Source: Bryobacterales bacterium (lineage in GTDB: Bacteria > Acidobacteriota > Terriglobia > Bryobacterales > UBA6623). From it: a stretch of DNA of 64,000 nt. A model generated the notes under the pieces. The model ran no database searches, had not been told where the DNA came from, and was given only the letters and a program-made list of their open reading frames with translations. Shown here one piece after another: positions 50,472 through 58,658 of the stretch. A program made the position numbers and the translations under genes. Position 1 is the stretch's first letter. Each line of letters begins with the position of its first letter. The stretch spans positions 903,006 through 967,005 of the forward strand of contig CBDDCY010000012.1 of assembly GCA_965226435.1 (NCBI GenBank), written 5' to 3'.

Positions 50472-53309
50472 CTAGTCCCGCTCGCGGTCGCGGAACTCTT
50501 CGACCCAGTTTTGGACCACGCGGATGCTCGGTTTGGGGGCCTCGTCGTCGGTGACGGGCTCGGCGAGCAAGAAGCGGTCGCCGCCGGGAGCCACATCGTA
50601 GCGCGGCCGGGCGAATCCCGTTCTGAAAGCGGCATGACTGAACAACGCCCGCGGCTTGCCCGCCCGAAACTCGGGCTCGGCCGTGACCTCCACGGCGTAG
50701 AGCGTGTCTCCTAGAACGAAGAAAAGTTCCTTCCCGTTCGGGTTCCAGCGCACCTGTGAGCCGCCCTCCGGCGTAAGCTGCACTTGCGGGCCGCCGTCGG
50801 GGAAGGGCTGGACTAAAACATCCCAGCGGTCCGTAACTCGCGATGAGTAGGCGACATGGCGCCCGTCGGGCGAGATCTGCGCATCCACCGTCTCGAAGGG
50901 ATCGTCGAAAAATACCTTGGTCTCCGAGAACGTGCCGTCCGGGCTGCGCTCCAGGTAGAGGATGTCATAATTCCCGGGCGAAACCGTGACGCCATACAGG
51001 ACGGTCCGCCCGCCCGGGTCAACGTCGTACGCAACGAGGCCCCCCTCGGCTCCGCCGATCAGCGTCTCCATTTCACGGCTGCGATCGAGGGGGCGGAAGA
51101 GCAGTTCAGGATCCCCGCGGGCGAACACAGCGCCCCACGGCGCCCAGACTGGAAATACCTCCGGCTCGGCCGTGAACGTGAGCTGTGTCGATACGCCGCG
51201 CTCGAGGTCCTCGACATAGATGTCGCCTTCAACCGAGACGACCGCTTGACGGCCGTCGGGCGACATGTCGAAGGAGAAGATTTCAGGGTGAGGCCGACCT
51301 ACTTCTTGCAACCGCTCACCCGAACGGTCACGCCAGGCGAGCCTCTCTTCCAGGCTTCCCGCGGCGTCGAAGTAAACCAGGGTTCCGTCCGCGGCGGCGG
51401 TGGGCCCGCGGGCGTTCCGGGCAATCGGGAAGGCTTCGCCCGCGGCTGTGAGTTTGTCTAGCGAAAAAGGAAGAGCCCAGAGATCTTCGGTGAAGGGCGT
51501 CGACTGATAAACGAGCCGGCCGGCCGAGTAGAACGGCTTGTGCCCCGGCCCCAACCTCTCGCGTCGGCCGCTCTCGAGGTCCTGGAGCATCACGGTCTGT
51601 TGAGTCAGAGTGCCGAATGTGAAAACCAGGACACGGCGTCCGGCCTCGGCCGGCAAGAAATGGGGCGATAACAGCGCTCCTGTCGGTGCGTCCGAGGAGG
51701 GTTCCGACCCGTCGTCGGCGGTGATCAGTAGGTTGGGCGGCCCCCCACGGGCGGCGACTTCATAAAGTGTCGGGGGGCTGCCGGAGCTGAAGACAATCAC
51801 TTCGCCGTCGGGACTCCAGGAGCCGCCATGGAAAATTCCTCCAGGCAGCTCGCAAACGCGAATGGACGCCCCGCCTTGTACCGACACCTCCTTGACTTCG
51901 CCGCCGGTGACAAAGGCGATGAAATTGCTGTCGGGCGACCAGAAGGGAGCTTGGGCTCCCGCGGTCCCCTCGATCGCTCGTGGCTGCTGCTGATCGAGAT
52001 CTTGGATCCACAGCCCCTGGGCGCCCTGGCCGACCACCGCGATGTGTTTCCCATTGGGCGAGATCGCGACGGGAACATCGAAGGGGTTCGGAGATAAATC
52101 TCCCGGAAATGTATAGGCGGAGCGTCGCAGGGGTAGAGGTTCCGCCGGCCCCGTGCTTCGCAGCCACAACCCGACCACGGCGGCCAACGACGCGACGAGC
52201 AACACAAGCGCCGCCGCGAGGGCGCGGTCTTTCACGCGTTGCCGCCGTACGGCTTCCCGCGCCGCCGATTCGGGCAGGATGTTGATTGTCACCGAGCGTT
52301 TGAGTTGCGTGTCCTCGGCGCGATACGCCGTGCGGTCGCCGGCGGTATCCAAGTCTTCGATGACGTGGTAGGTGGCAAGAAAGGATTCCTCCGTGGGGGA
52401 GAGCTCCCTTGAAGCGCCCGGGCGGATTAGAGTTGCCGCCGGCGAGACGCCGGAGACCCCGACCGCACTCGCCATTGGTCTCGACCGCCCCGTCTTGAGC
52501 TTGTCGAGCAGGTTCCCCAAATCGACGCCGAGGTCGGCGACGTTCGGGTAGCGCTTGCCCGCGTCCTTCTCAAGACACTTGCCGACCATGAACTCCAACT
52601 CGATGGGCACGCCGGTTCGAAGCCCGGTGAGCGGCTCGGGGTCCTCGTGGACAATTTCATAGGCCATCGCCTGCGCGTATTCGCCTCGGAACGCGCGCTG
52701 AGCGGCGACCATTTCATAGAGCACGCAGCCAAGGGCCCAGATGTCGGTTCGGTGATCGACCTCCTGGGCTTGCATTTGCTCGGGACTCATATAGGCCGCC
52801 GTGCCGACGGCCGTATCGAGTTGGGTGAGCTTTGATTTTTCGGTGAGCAAGGCGAGGCCGAAGTCGAGAATCTTGACCCGGCCGTCGGCGGTGATCATCA
52901 GATTGCCGGGCTTGATATCGCGATGAACGACGTTTTTCTCGTGGGCGGCGGCGAGTCCGTCGGCGACTTGCCGAGCGATCGCGAGAGCTTCTTCGACCTT
53001 GAGCGGTCCGCCGGCAATCTTGGCATCGAGGGTTTTGCCGTCGATGTATTCGAGCGCGAGGAAGTCTCGCCCCTCGAAGTCGCTGATTTCGTGAACGGTG
53101 CAAACGTTGGGGTGGTTGATTCCGGCGGCGGCCTTGGCCTCGCGCAGAAAGCGCTTGCGGTTTTCTTCGTCGCGCATGAGGTCTTGCGCGAGGAACTTCA
53201 GCGCGACGATGCGATCGAGACGGGTGTCTTCCGCCTTGTAAACGACACCCATGCCGCCTTCACCGAGCTTGGCGGTGATTTTGTAATGGCTGATGGTTTG
53301 GCCGATCAT
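50472..53309 (-). CDS. Ser/Thr protein kinase with TM segment and PD40/TolB-like propeller
   Basis: GEGGMG, ALK, HRDIKPGN, DFG and YMSPE motifs; WSPDG repeats. Confidence 0.93.
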   Translation of the reverse strand: MIGQTISHYKITAKLGEGGMGVVYKAEDTRLDRIVALKFLAQDLMRDEENRKRFLREAKAAAGINHPNVCTVHEISDFEGRDFLALEYIDGKTLDAKIAGGPLKVEEALAIARQVADGLAAAHEKNVVHRDIKPGNLMITADGRVKILDFGLALLTEKSKLTQLDTAVGTAAYMSPEQMQAQEVDHRTDIWALGCVLYEMVAAQRAFRGEYAQAMAYEIVHEDPEPLTGLRTGVPIELEFMVGKCLEKDAGKRYPNVADLGVDLGNLLDKLKTGRSRPMASAVGVSGVSPAATLIRPGASRELSPTEESFLATYHVIEDLDTAGDRTAYRAEDTQLKRSVTINILPESAAREAVRRQRVKDRALAAALVLLVASLAAVVGLWLRSTGPAEPLPLRRSAYTFPGDLSPNPFDVPVAISPNGKHIAVVGQGAQGLWIQDLDQQQPRAIEGTAGAQAPFWSPDSNFIAFVTGGEVKEVSVQGGASIRVCELPGGIFHGGSWSPDGEVIVFSSGSPPTLYEVAARGGPPNLLITADDGSEPSSDAPTGALLSPHFLPAEAGRRVLVFTFGTLTQQTVMLQDLESGRRERLGPGHKPFYSAGRLVYQSTPFTEDLWALPFSLDKLTAAGEAFPIARNARGPTAAADGTLVYFDAAGSLEERLAWRDRSGERLQEVGRPHPEIFSFDMSPDGRQAVVSVEGDIYVEDLERGVSTQLTFTAEPEVFPVWAPWGAVFARGDPELLFRPLDRSREMETLIGGAEGGLVAYDVDPGGRTVLYGVTVSPGNYDILYLERSPDGTFSETKVFFDDPFETVDAQISPDGRHVAYSSRVTDRWDVLVQPFPDGGPQVQLTPEGGSQVRWNPNGKELFFVLGDTLYAVEVTAEPEFRAGKPRALFSHAAFRTGFARPRYDVAPGGDRFLLAEPVTDDEAPKPSIRVVQNWVEEFRDRERD

Positions 53310-53548
53310 TTTGGTCCAATTCTAGCGCCAAACGGATAGCCGGCGAGAAGCCACACTCCGTTCACCTAATGAATCGCGGACTCTCGGGCTCCGAGCCGGG
53401 CATGGTTTTCGGCGCGCTCGGCCAACTCCGCTGTCCTCTGGGCACGTCTATTCGGCGGTTAACCGACTCCCCAATACGCATCCGAAGATCATTCTCGTGC
53501 AGCTATTTTCCAAGGACTCTCTATCGTGTGCTGGAACGGGCGCTTGGG

Positions 53549-53782
53549 CTAAAGCCGTGTTCCCCGAGCCGGCTGTCCGGACAGCAGGAACGTTTTCGGG
53601 TATTTGCCCTCGCCGCACAGCTTGAAAGAGCCGAAGTCCTTATACCAACGACCGTCGGGCTCACTCTCGCGCCGCAATTTCAATTCGTAGAGGTCTTCGG
53701 CGGTAATCCGGCGCTCTCGCAGGCGCTCAAAAAGGTGTTCTCGCAATGCAATCGGGAGATTCACCCATTGGATCTTCGGCAT
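53549..53782 (-). CDS. Small basic hypothetical protein, putative toxin
   Basis: 77 aa with WYKDFGSFKLCGEGKYPKTFL; translationally coupled (TAATG) to the upstream RHH gene. Confidence 0.65.
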   Translation of the reverse strand: MPKIQWVNLPIALREHLFERLRERRITAEDLYELKLRRESEPDGRWYKDFGSFKLCGEGKYPKTFLLSGQPARGTRL

Positions 53783-54039
53783 TAGGTTCCAAACGTCATT
53801 CTCGCCATTTCTTCTTGCAGCCGTTGCTGCTCGGCCGTATCGTCGGTTTCCGTCAATCGTTGCGCCATGGCGAGAAAACGATCTTTTTCGCGTTCCCGCG
53901 CGGCAAGGCCCTCTTCAATGAGACTGACAACAACCTTGCTCATGCTGGACTTGTCATTCCGGGCGAGTCTCTTGACTCGGCCGGCGAGCTTGGGAGTCAA
54001 AGTGACGCTTGTGCGAATCGACTTGTGCAAATGCCCCAT
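53782..54039 (-). CDS. Ribbon-helix-helix (CopG-like) protein, putative antitoxin
   Basis: IRTSVTL beta-ribbon, helix, SMSKVVVSLIEEGL helix and charged tail; TACAAT 6 nt upstream. Confidence 0.7.
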   Translation of the reverse strand: MGHLHKSIRTSVTLTPKLAGRVKRLARNDKSSMSKVVVSLIEEGLAAREREKDRFLAMAQRLTETDDTAEQQRLQEEMARMTFGT

Positions 54040-54231
54040 GGCCCTATTGTAGTGGGTGCATGCACCAGAGTGATGCAATATGCTGTCGTTCGGTGAATCT
54101 TGCATGCTCGCATACCGGCGCTCATTCTCGCCGCCGCTTCGCGGCTGTGGAGATTCGCGGTTCGGCGGGAAACAATGGACGAGTCGGCGGGCCGGGATCG
54201 AGCGCTTCTTCCCTGGCTGGTCATCTTCCGT

Positions 54232-54460
54232 TGGTTCGACGATGGCTGAAGCCCGTGGGCGAAGGCCGTTGCATTGAAACGGCCTCTTGGTGGAGGGCGG
54301 GGGCTCTAAACTGAAAACCGACCCTGAATGGCCGGCTTATTCGGAACAAGCAAGCGGCGTGAACCCCGCGATCCACCGCCTGAAAGACAGTGGGGTTAAA
54401 CCTGGAGGTCGCGGCGAAAAAGCCGGGACTCGGGCAAACGGCGGTTGCCTCGTCGAACCA
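54232..54460. ncRNA. Candidate structured non-coding RNA downstream of rne/rng
   Basis: Nested stems tggttcgacga/tcgtcgaacca, gcccg/cgggc, ggccgtt/aacggcc, ggtgga..gcgggg/ccccgc..tccacc, gctt.ttc/gaa.aagc and cggc/gccg. Confidence 0.55.
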
Positions 54461-54468
54461 TCTCGCCA

Positions 54469-57204
54469 TCAGTTAATATCAAAGTGGTCGCGGTGCAACG
54501 AGACATCGCCTCGCACCAGGACATTCGCCCTCAAAATCTGTTCCAGCTCTCTCAAGTAGTTGTTGTCGCGTGATTTGAGCTTGCGCGCCACTTCCGGGTT
54601 GACACGCAGCGTCAACTCTTTCTTAGGCTCTTTGGACAGTGCCATTTTCTTGGCGTTCGTCAAGATCTCGTAGATCATGCTTTGCACCGACTTGACATAG
54701 GACGCGCCGCGGCAATACGGGCAGGGACTGCATAAGCTTCGTTCAAGCGATTGTTTGACGCGCTTGCGCGTAATCGCCACCAGTCCGAACTCATTGAACG
54801 GCAAGGCTTTCGAGGGTGCGATATCGACACGCAACTCCTTTTCGAGCGCCATCATCACCCTTTGACGGTTCCCCCGCTCCTCCATGTCGATGAAGTCGAC
54901 AACGATGATGCCTCCCAGATCGCGGATCCGTAACTGCCGCGCGATCTCTTGGACAGCTTCGAGGTTCGTATTGACGATGGTGTCTTCCAGGCGGTCGGAT
55001 TTGCCGACGTACTTGCCGGTGTTGACGTCAATCGAAACCAGCGCTTCGGTGGGGTTGATGACGATGTAGCCGCCCGACTTGAGCCACACCTTGGGCCGAA
55101 TCGCCTTTTCGATCTCCGTGGAAATATTGAAGGAGTCGAAGATCGGCTTCGTTCGCGTATAGAGCTTCACCGCGCGCAGCAAGTCGGGCTGGAAGCGCTC
55201 CACGAAGCGAAGGATGCGCTCATATTCCTCCTCGCTGTCGACCCAAATCGTCTTGAAATCCTCGCCCAAACGGTCCCGCAGAACGCGCTCGACGACATCG
55301 TTGTCGTGATGGACAAGCGAGGCCGGCGGGCAGTTTTCGCTCTTCTCTCGGATGTCGAGCCAGAGGTTGTAGAGGAACAGCATATCGCCCCGCAGATCCT
55401 CCTCGCTCACCCCGTCTCCGGCCGTGCGAACGATGAAGCCGCCCGCCATGCCGGTGTTGTGGGTCTGCACGATCTTGCGTAAACGCGCCCGTTCCTTATC
55501 CGAGGCGATCTTTCTGGAAACGCCGGTGTGATTGACCGTGGGCATGTAGACCAGAAAACGCCCTGGCAGGGCAATGTGCGACGTGATGCGCGCGCCCTTC
55601 TTGCCGAGGGGTTCCTTGGAGATTTGAACCAGCACCTCTTGCCCCCTGGCCAGCAGTTCGCTGATTTTGGGACTGTCATCCCCGCGATTCCCCGCTTCAG
55701 CGGGGGCCTCGTCCACCTCCGCCTCGGCACCTTCCCGGCGTCGTCCCCTGCGCCGGCCGCGACGTCCGCGGCGGCGTTCGAATCCGGCCGAAGCCGATCG
55801 CGTCCGTTGCCGCGCCTCGCCTTCTCGCGGCGGCTCCGAGTCTTCCCCCTCCTCGGCGGCTGCCGGCTCCTCGCCGTTTTCCTCTTCGCCCGGCAAGGGA
55901 CGTCCGGGCATTCTTGGATCAAGATCGCCCGACCGATCGCTGTCGGAAGCCGCAGCGGTCTCGGGCGCGTCCTCGGGAGACCCTTCTTGGTCTTGCGCGA
56001 ACTCGTCGCCGGGTTCCGCTTCTGAATCCGCGTACTCTTGGGCAGGTTCTTCGGGTTCCGGCTCCGGCGCGACACCGTCGCCCTCCGCCTCTTCAGCCGT
56101 TATTGCCTCGACCTCGAGTTCCCCGGGCGCGTCCGTGTCGTCGTTTTCGAGGGGTTCTTCATCCCGCTCGAAGGGCTGTTCCGAGATCGACGCGGCTTCG
56201 GGATCCGTTTCGGCGACAATGGCCTCGACGGTCGACGGGCGATCCTCCTGTTGGTCGGGTTGGTTGTGCTTAGATCCTCGAGCAAAGCCCTGGTCGGCGC
56301 TTTTCTCGGCGGACGCATTCTCGTGCTCGAAGCCCGACGACCCGTCGTCTTCACCGCCGCCGTTGCTTCCGCCGCCCGGGGCCTCCTCGCTCACGCTCGA
56401 ATCAGTGTCGTAAGTATCGTCGGCCCTCGGGTCTTCTAAGCCGTCGTCCTCGGACCGATCCGCGGTGGACGCCGTCGAATCGCTGTATTTCGCCAGCGAC
56501 TCGCCGGGCAACACCGTGAAGCTGCTGCCTTTGTTCGCGGCCTCGCCGTCCCTGTCGGGCCCGGCATTGGCCCTGCTCCGATCGTCGTCCTTTGCCCCAT
56601 CGTCACCGCCGGCCCGCCCATTGGGCTCGGCCGCCGTATCCTCTTCGTCAGCCCGCTCCTCGCCGTTCGCCTCGTCGCCGCCGGAAACGGCTGCATACTT
56701 TTCGTTGGGAAAACCGGACTCGGCTGTTCCCGCCGCCGGGCGCTCGCCGAAACGTCCGCGCCGTCGCCGAGACCGGCGCCCGCGCCTTCCCCGCCGCCCG
56801 GAATTTCCGTCGCTCGATGCCTCTTCGTCGGGTGCCGCGGCCGCGGCTTCGCCCCCGGCCGGCGTCAAGTCGGCCGCGGGGCCGGCTTCATCGTTCGCCT
56901 TCCGCGGGGCCGCTTCGCGGGGCCGCTCCGACGACCCCCGCCTCGCGCCCGATGGCGCGGTCTCGAGATCTTCGTTCTCTTCGAGAAAGTCCGAGACGTA
57001 GAGAAAGCCGTCTCGTTCCAAGCCGATATCAACAAACGCCGACTGCATGCCGGGCAGCACGCGGGTTACTCGGCCTTTGAAAATGCTCCCCGCCAGCGCG
57101 TGTTGGGATTCCTGCTCAATGTAAAGCTCGACCAAGCGGTCGTTTTCAAGAATGGCCAGCCTTGTCTCGTGGACCGACGAGTTGACGATAAGTTCCTTGG
57201 ACAC
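54469..57204 (-). CDS. rne: Rne/Rng family ribonuclease with long acidic insertion in the S1 domain
   Basis: RVLPGMQSAFVDIG, KEPLGKKGARIT, IDVNTG, DLGGIIVVDFIDM and CPYC motifs; GAGGAGG RBS before GTG. Confidence 0.9.
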   Translation of the reverse strand: MSKELIVNSSVHETRLAILENDRLVELYIEQESQHALAGSIFKGRVTRVLPGMQSAFVDIGLERDGFLYVSDFLEENEDLETAPSGARRGSSERPREAAPRKANDEAGPAADLTPAGGEAAAAAPDEEASSDGNSGRRGRRGRRSRRRRGRFGERPAAGTAESGFPNEKYAAVSGGDEANGEERADEEDTAAEPNGRAGGDDGAKDDDRSRANAGPDRDGEAANKGSSFTVLPGESLAKYSDSTASTADRSEDDGLEDPRADDTYDTDSSVSEEAPGGGSNGGGEDDGSSGFEHENASAEKSADQGFARGSKHNQPDQQEDRPSTVEAIVAETDPEAASISEQPFERDEEPLENDDTDAPGELEVEAITAEEAEGDGVAPEPEPEEPAQEYADSEAEPGDEFAQDQEGSPEDAPETAAASDSDRSGDLDPRMPGRPLPGEEENGEEPAAAEEGEDSEPPREGEARQRTRSASAGFERRRGRRGRRRGRRREGAEAEVDEAPAEAGNRGDDSPKISELLARGQEVLVQISKEPLGKKGARITSHIALPGRFLVYMPTVNHTGVSRKIASDKERARLRKIVQTHNTGMAGGFIVRTAGDGVSEEDLRGDMLFLYNLWLDIREKSENCPPASLVHHDNDVVERVLRDRLGEDFKTIWVDSEEEYERILRFVERFQPDLLRAVKLYTRTKPIFDSFNISTEIEKAIRPKVWLKSGGYIVINPTEALVSIDVNTGKYVGKSDRLEDTIVNTNLEAVQEIARQLRIRDLGGIIVVDFIDMEERGNRQRVMMALEKELRVDIAPSKALPFNEFGLVAITRKRVKQSLERSLCSPCPYCRGASYVKSVQSMIYEILTNAKKMALSKEPKKELTLRVNPEVARKLKSRDNNYLRELEQILRANVLVRGDVSLHRDHFDIN

Positions 57205-57566
57205 CGGACACCTCCTCGGGAAAGAGGACCGCGGCATCGGCGAGGCGGGTTTCTTCGGGGATGATCGACGACGAGGAGCGCCCCGGCGCGCTCGCGGTGC
57301 ATGAAGTCCCGGGAACCGTCAATGGCTCTGTACTCCACCCGCCGCATCGTCTTTCAAACCTTTCTCCGTCCGTTTCGCGGAGCATATGGAAGATGCTCAA
57401 CGCGGTTGGACCGAAGAACCGCCCCGCTTGCCAACGCAACGCGGGCTCGCGTCCTTCCCTTATTTCTTCGCCCTCGCTCGGCGAGGACAGGTCGACCTAC
57501 GACCTAAACTTTTCCACCGCTGCGTCTCGGGCGGCAATCCTCCCGGAGACGGATGCGGAGCCGCGC

Positions 57567-58658
57567 TCAATTGGTGAACCGCCGCATGCGGACGTTATTC
57601 ACCAAACCGAGCAGCATAAACATCGCCAATAAATTCGACCCGCCGTAACTCATTAACGGCAACGGCAGGCCCGTAACCGGCATTCGTCCGATGACCATGC
57701 CGACATTGACGATCAAGTGAAACAACAGAAGCGCGGCGGTGCCCATGCATATATATGTCCCCGCGCTGTCAGCCGCGGTCCGGGCGTTCCCCACGATCTT
57801 CATCAACAAACCAAAATACAACGTCAGAGCCAACAGGACTCCCACGAATCCCGTCTCTTCAGCGTAGGCCGAAAAGACAAAGTCAGTGTGGGGCACGGGA
57901 ATAAACCGGAGCTGTGTCTGCGATCCTCTCGCAAACCCGGAACCCCAGATTCCCCCCGCGCCCACCGCGATCTTCGACTGGATCGGCTGATAACCCGCCC
58001 CTTGCGGATCCTTCTCGGGATCCAAAAACGTGACCAAGCGCTCCTTCTGATACGGCTCAAGCCGCTGCCACGCCAGCGGTAAGATCAACACCACCGCCAA
58101 TCCCAAGATCGCCATATGCTTCCAGCGCAAACCCGCCGAAAACACCCCGATCACCAGGATCGACGTGAAACTCAACGCCGTACTCAGATCCGGCTGCCTG
58201 GCCACCAACAACATCGGGACCGCGAACAGCGCGCTGATCCGCGGCATGTGCTTCCATCCCACCTGCCCTCGTGGCAAATCAGAGAAGAACTTCGCCACCA
58301 ACAATACTAGCACCACTTTGACGAACTCGGAGACCTGCAGCGTGAAACCGCCCGGAATGGGCAGCCAGCGCCGCCCTCCCCCCAACACCAGTCCCACCAC
58401 GAGCACTAAGACGAGCAGCACCAACGAGATGACGTAGAACGTCACGGCATGGTGGATCAGCGAATTGTAATCGACCACCGAGAAAATCCAGAAGCAAACC
58501 AAGCCCACCGCCACCCATACAATCTGTCGCAAGTGCGCGTTTTGCCAGATCGTGTTGCGAGTCGCGCTATAGATCTCCAGCACGCCCAGCACGACAATCG
58601 CCATCGTCAGCCCCAGCAGCGCCCAATCGAAATCCCGCAAGGAATGATCGCCGCTCAC
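57567..58658 (-). CDS. rodA: Rod shape-determining protein RodA
   Basis: SEDS motifs QVSEFVK, QPDL, HTDFVF and PLMSYGGS. Confidence 0.95.
   Translation of the reverse strand: MSGDHSLRDFDWALLGLTMAIVVLGVLEIYSATRNTIWQNAHLRQIVWVAVGLVCFWIFSVVDYNSLIHHAVTFYVISLVLLVLVLVVGLVLGGGRRWLPIPGGFTLQVSEFVKVVLVLLVAKFFSDLPRGQVGWKHMPRISALFAVPMLLVARQPDLSTALSFTSILVIGVFSAGLRWKHMAILGLAVVLILPLAWQRLEPYQKERLVTFLDPEKDPQGAGYQPIQSKIAVGAGGIWGSGFARGSQTQLRFIPVPHTDFVFSAYAEETGFVGVLLALTLYFGLLMKIVGNARTAADSAGTYICMGTAALLLFHLIVNVGMVIGRMPVTGLPLPLMSYGGSNLLAMFMLLGLVNNVRMRRFTN

Noticed and set aside
54280-54310. tmRNA or tRNA-Sec call from the CUCCACCA end
   Set aside because: No T-loop, no UCA anticodon arm and no matching acceptor 5' strand.
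54221-54469. 82-aa minus-strand ORF after rne
   Set aside because: No recognisable motif, and it coincides with dense RNA-like pairing; treated as non-coding.
57205-57566. Possible structured rne 5' leader
   Set aside because: A long intergenic region, but I could not define convincing stems by eye.
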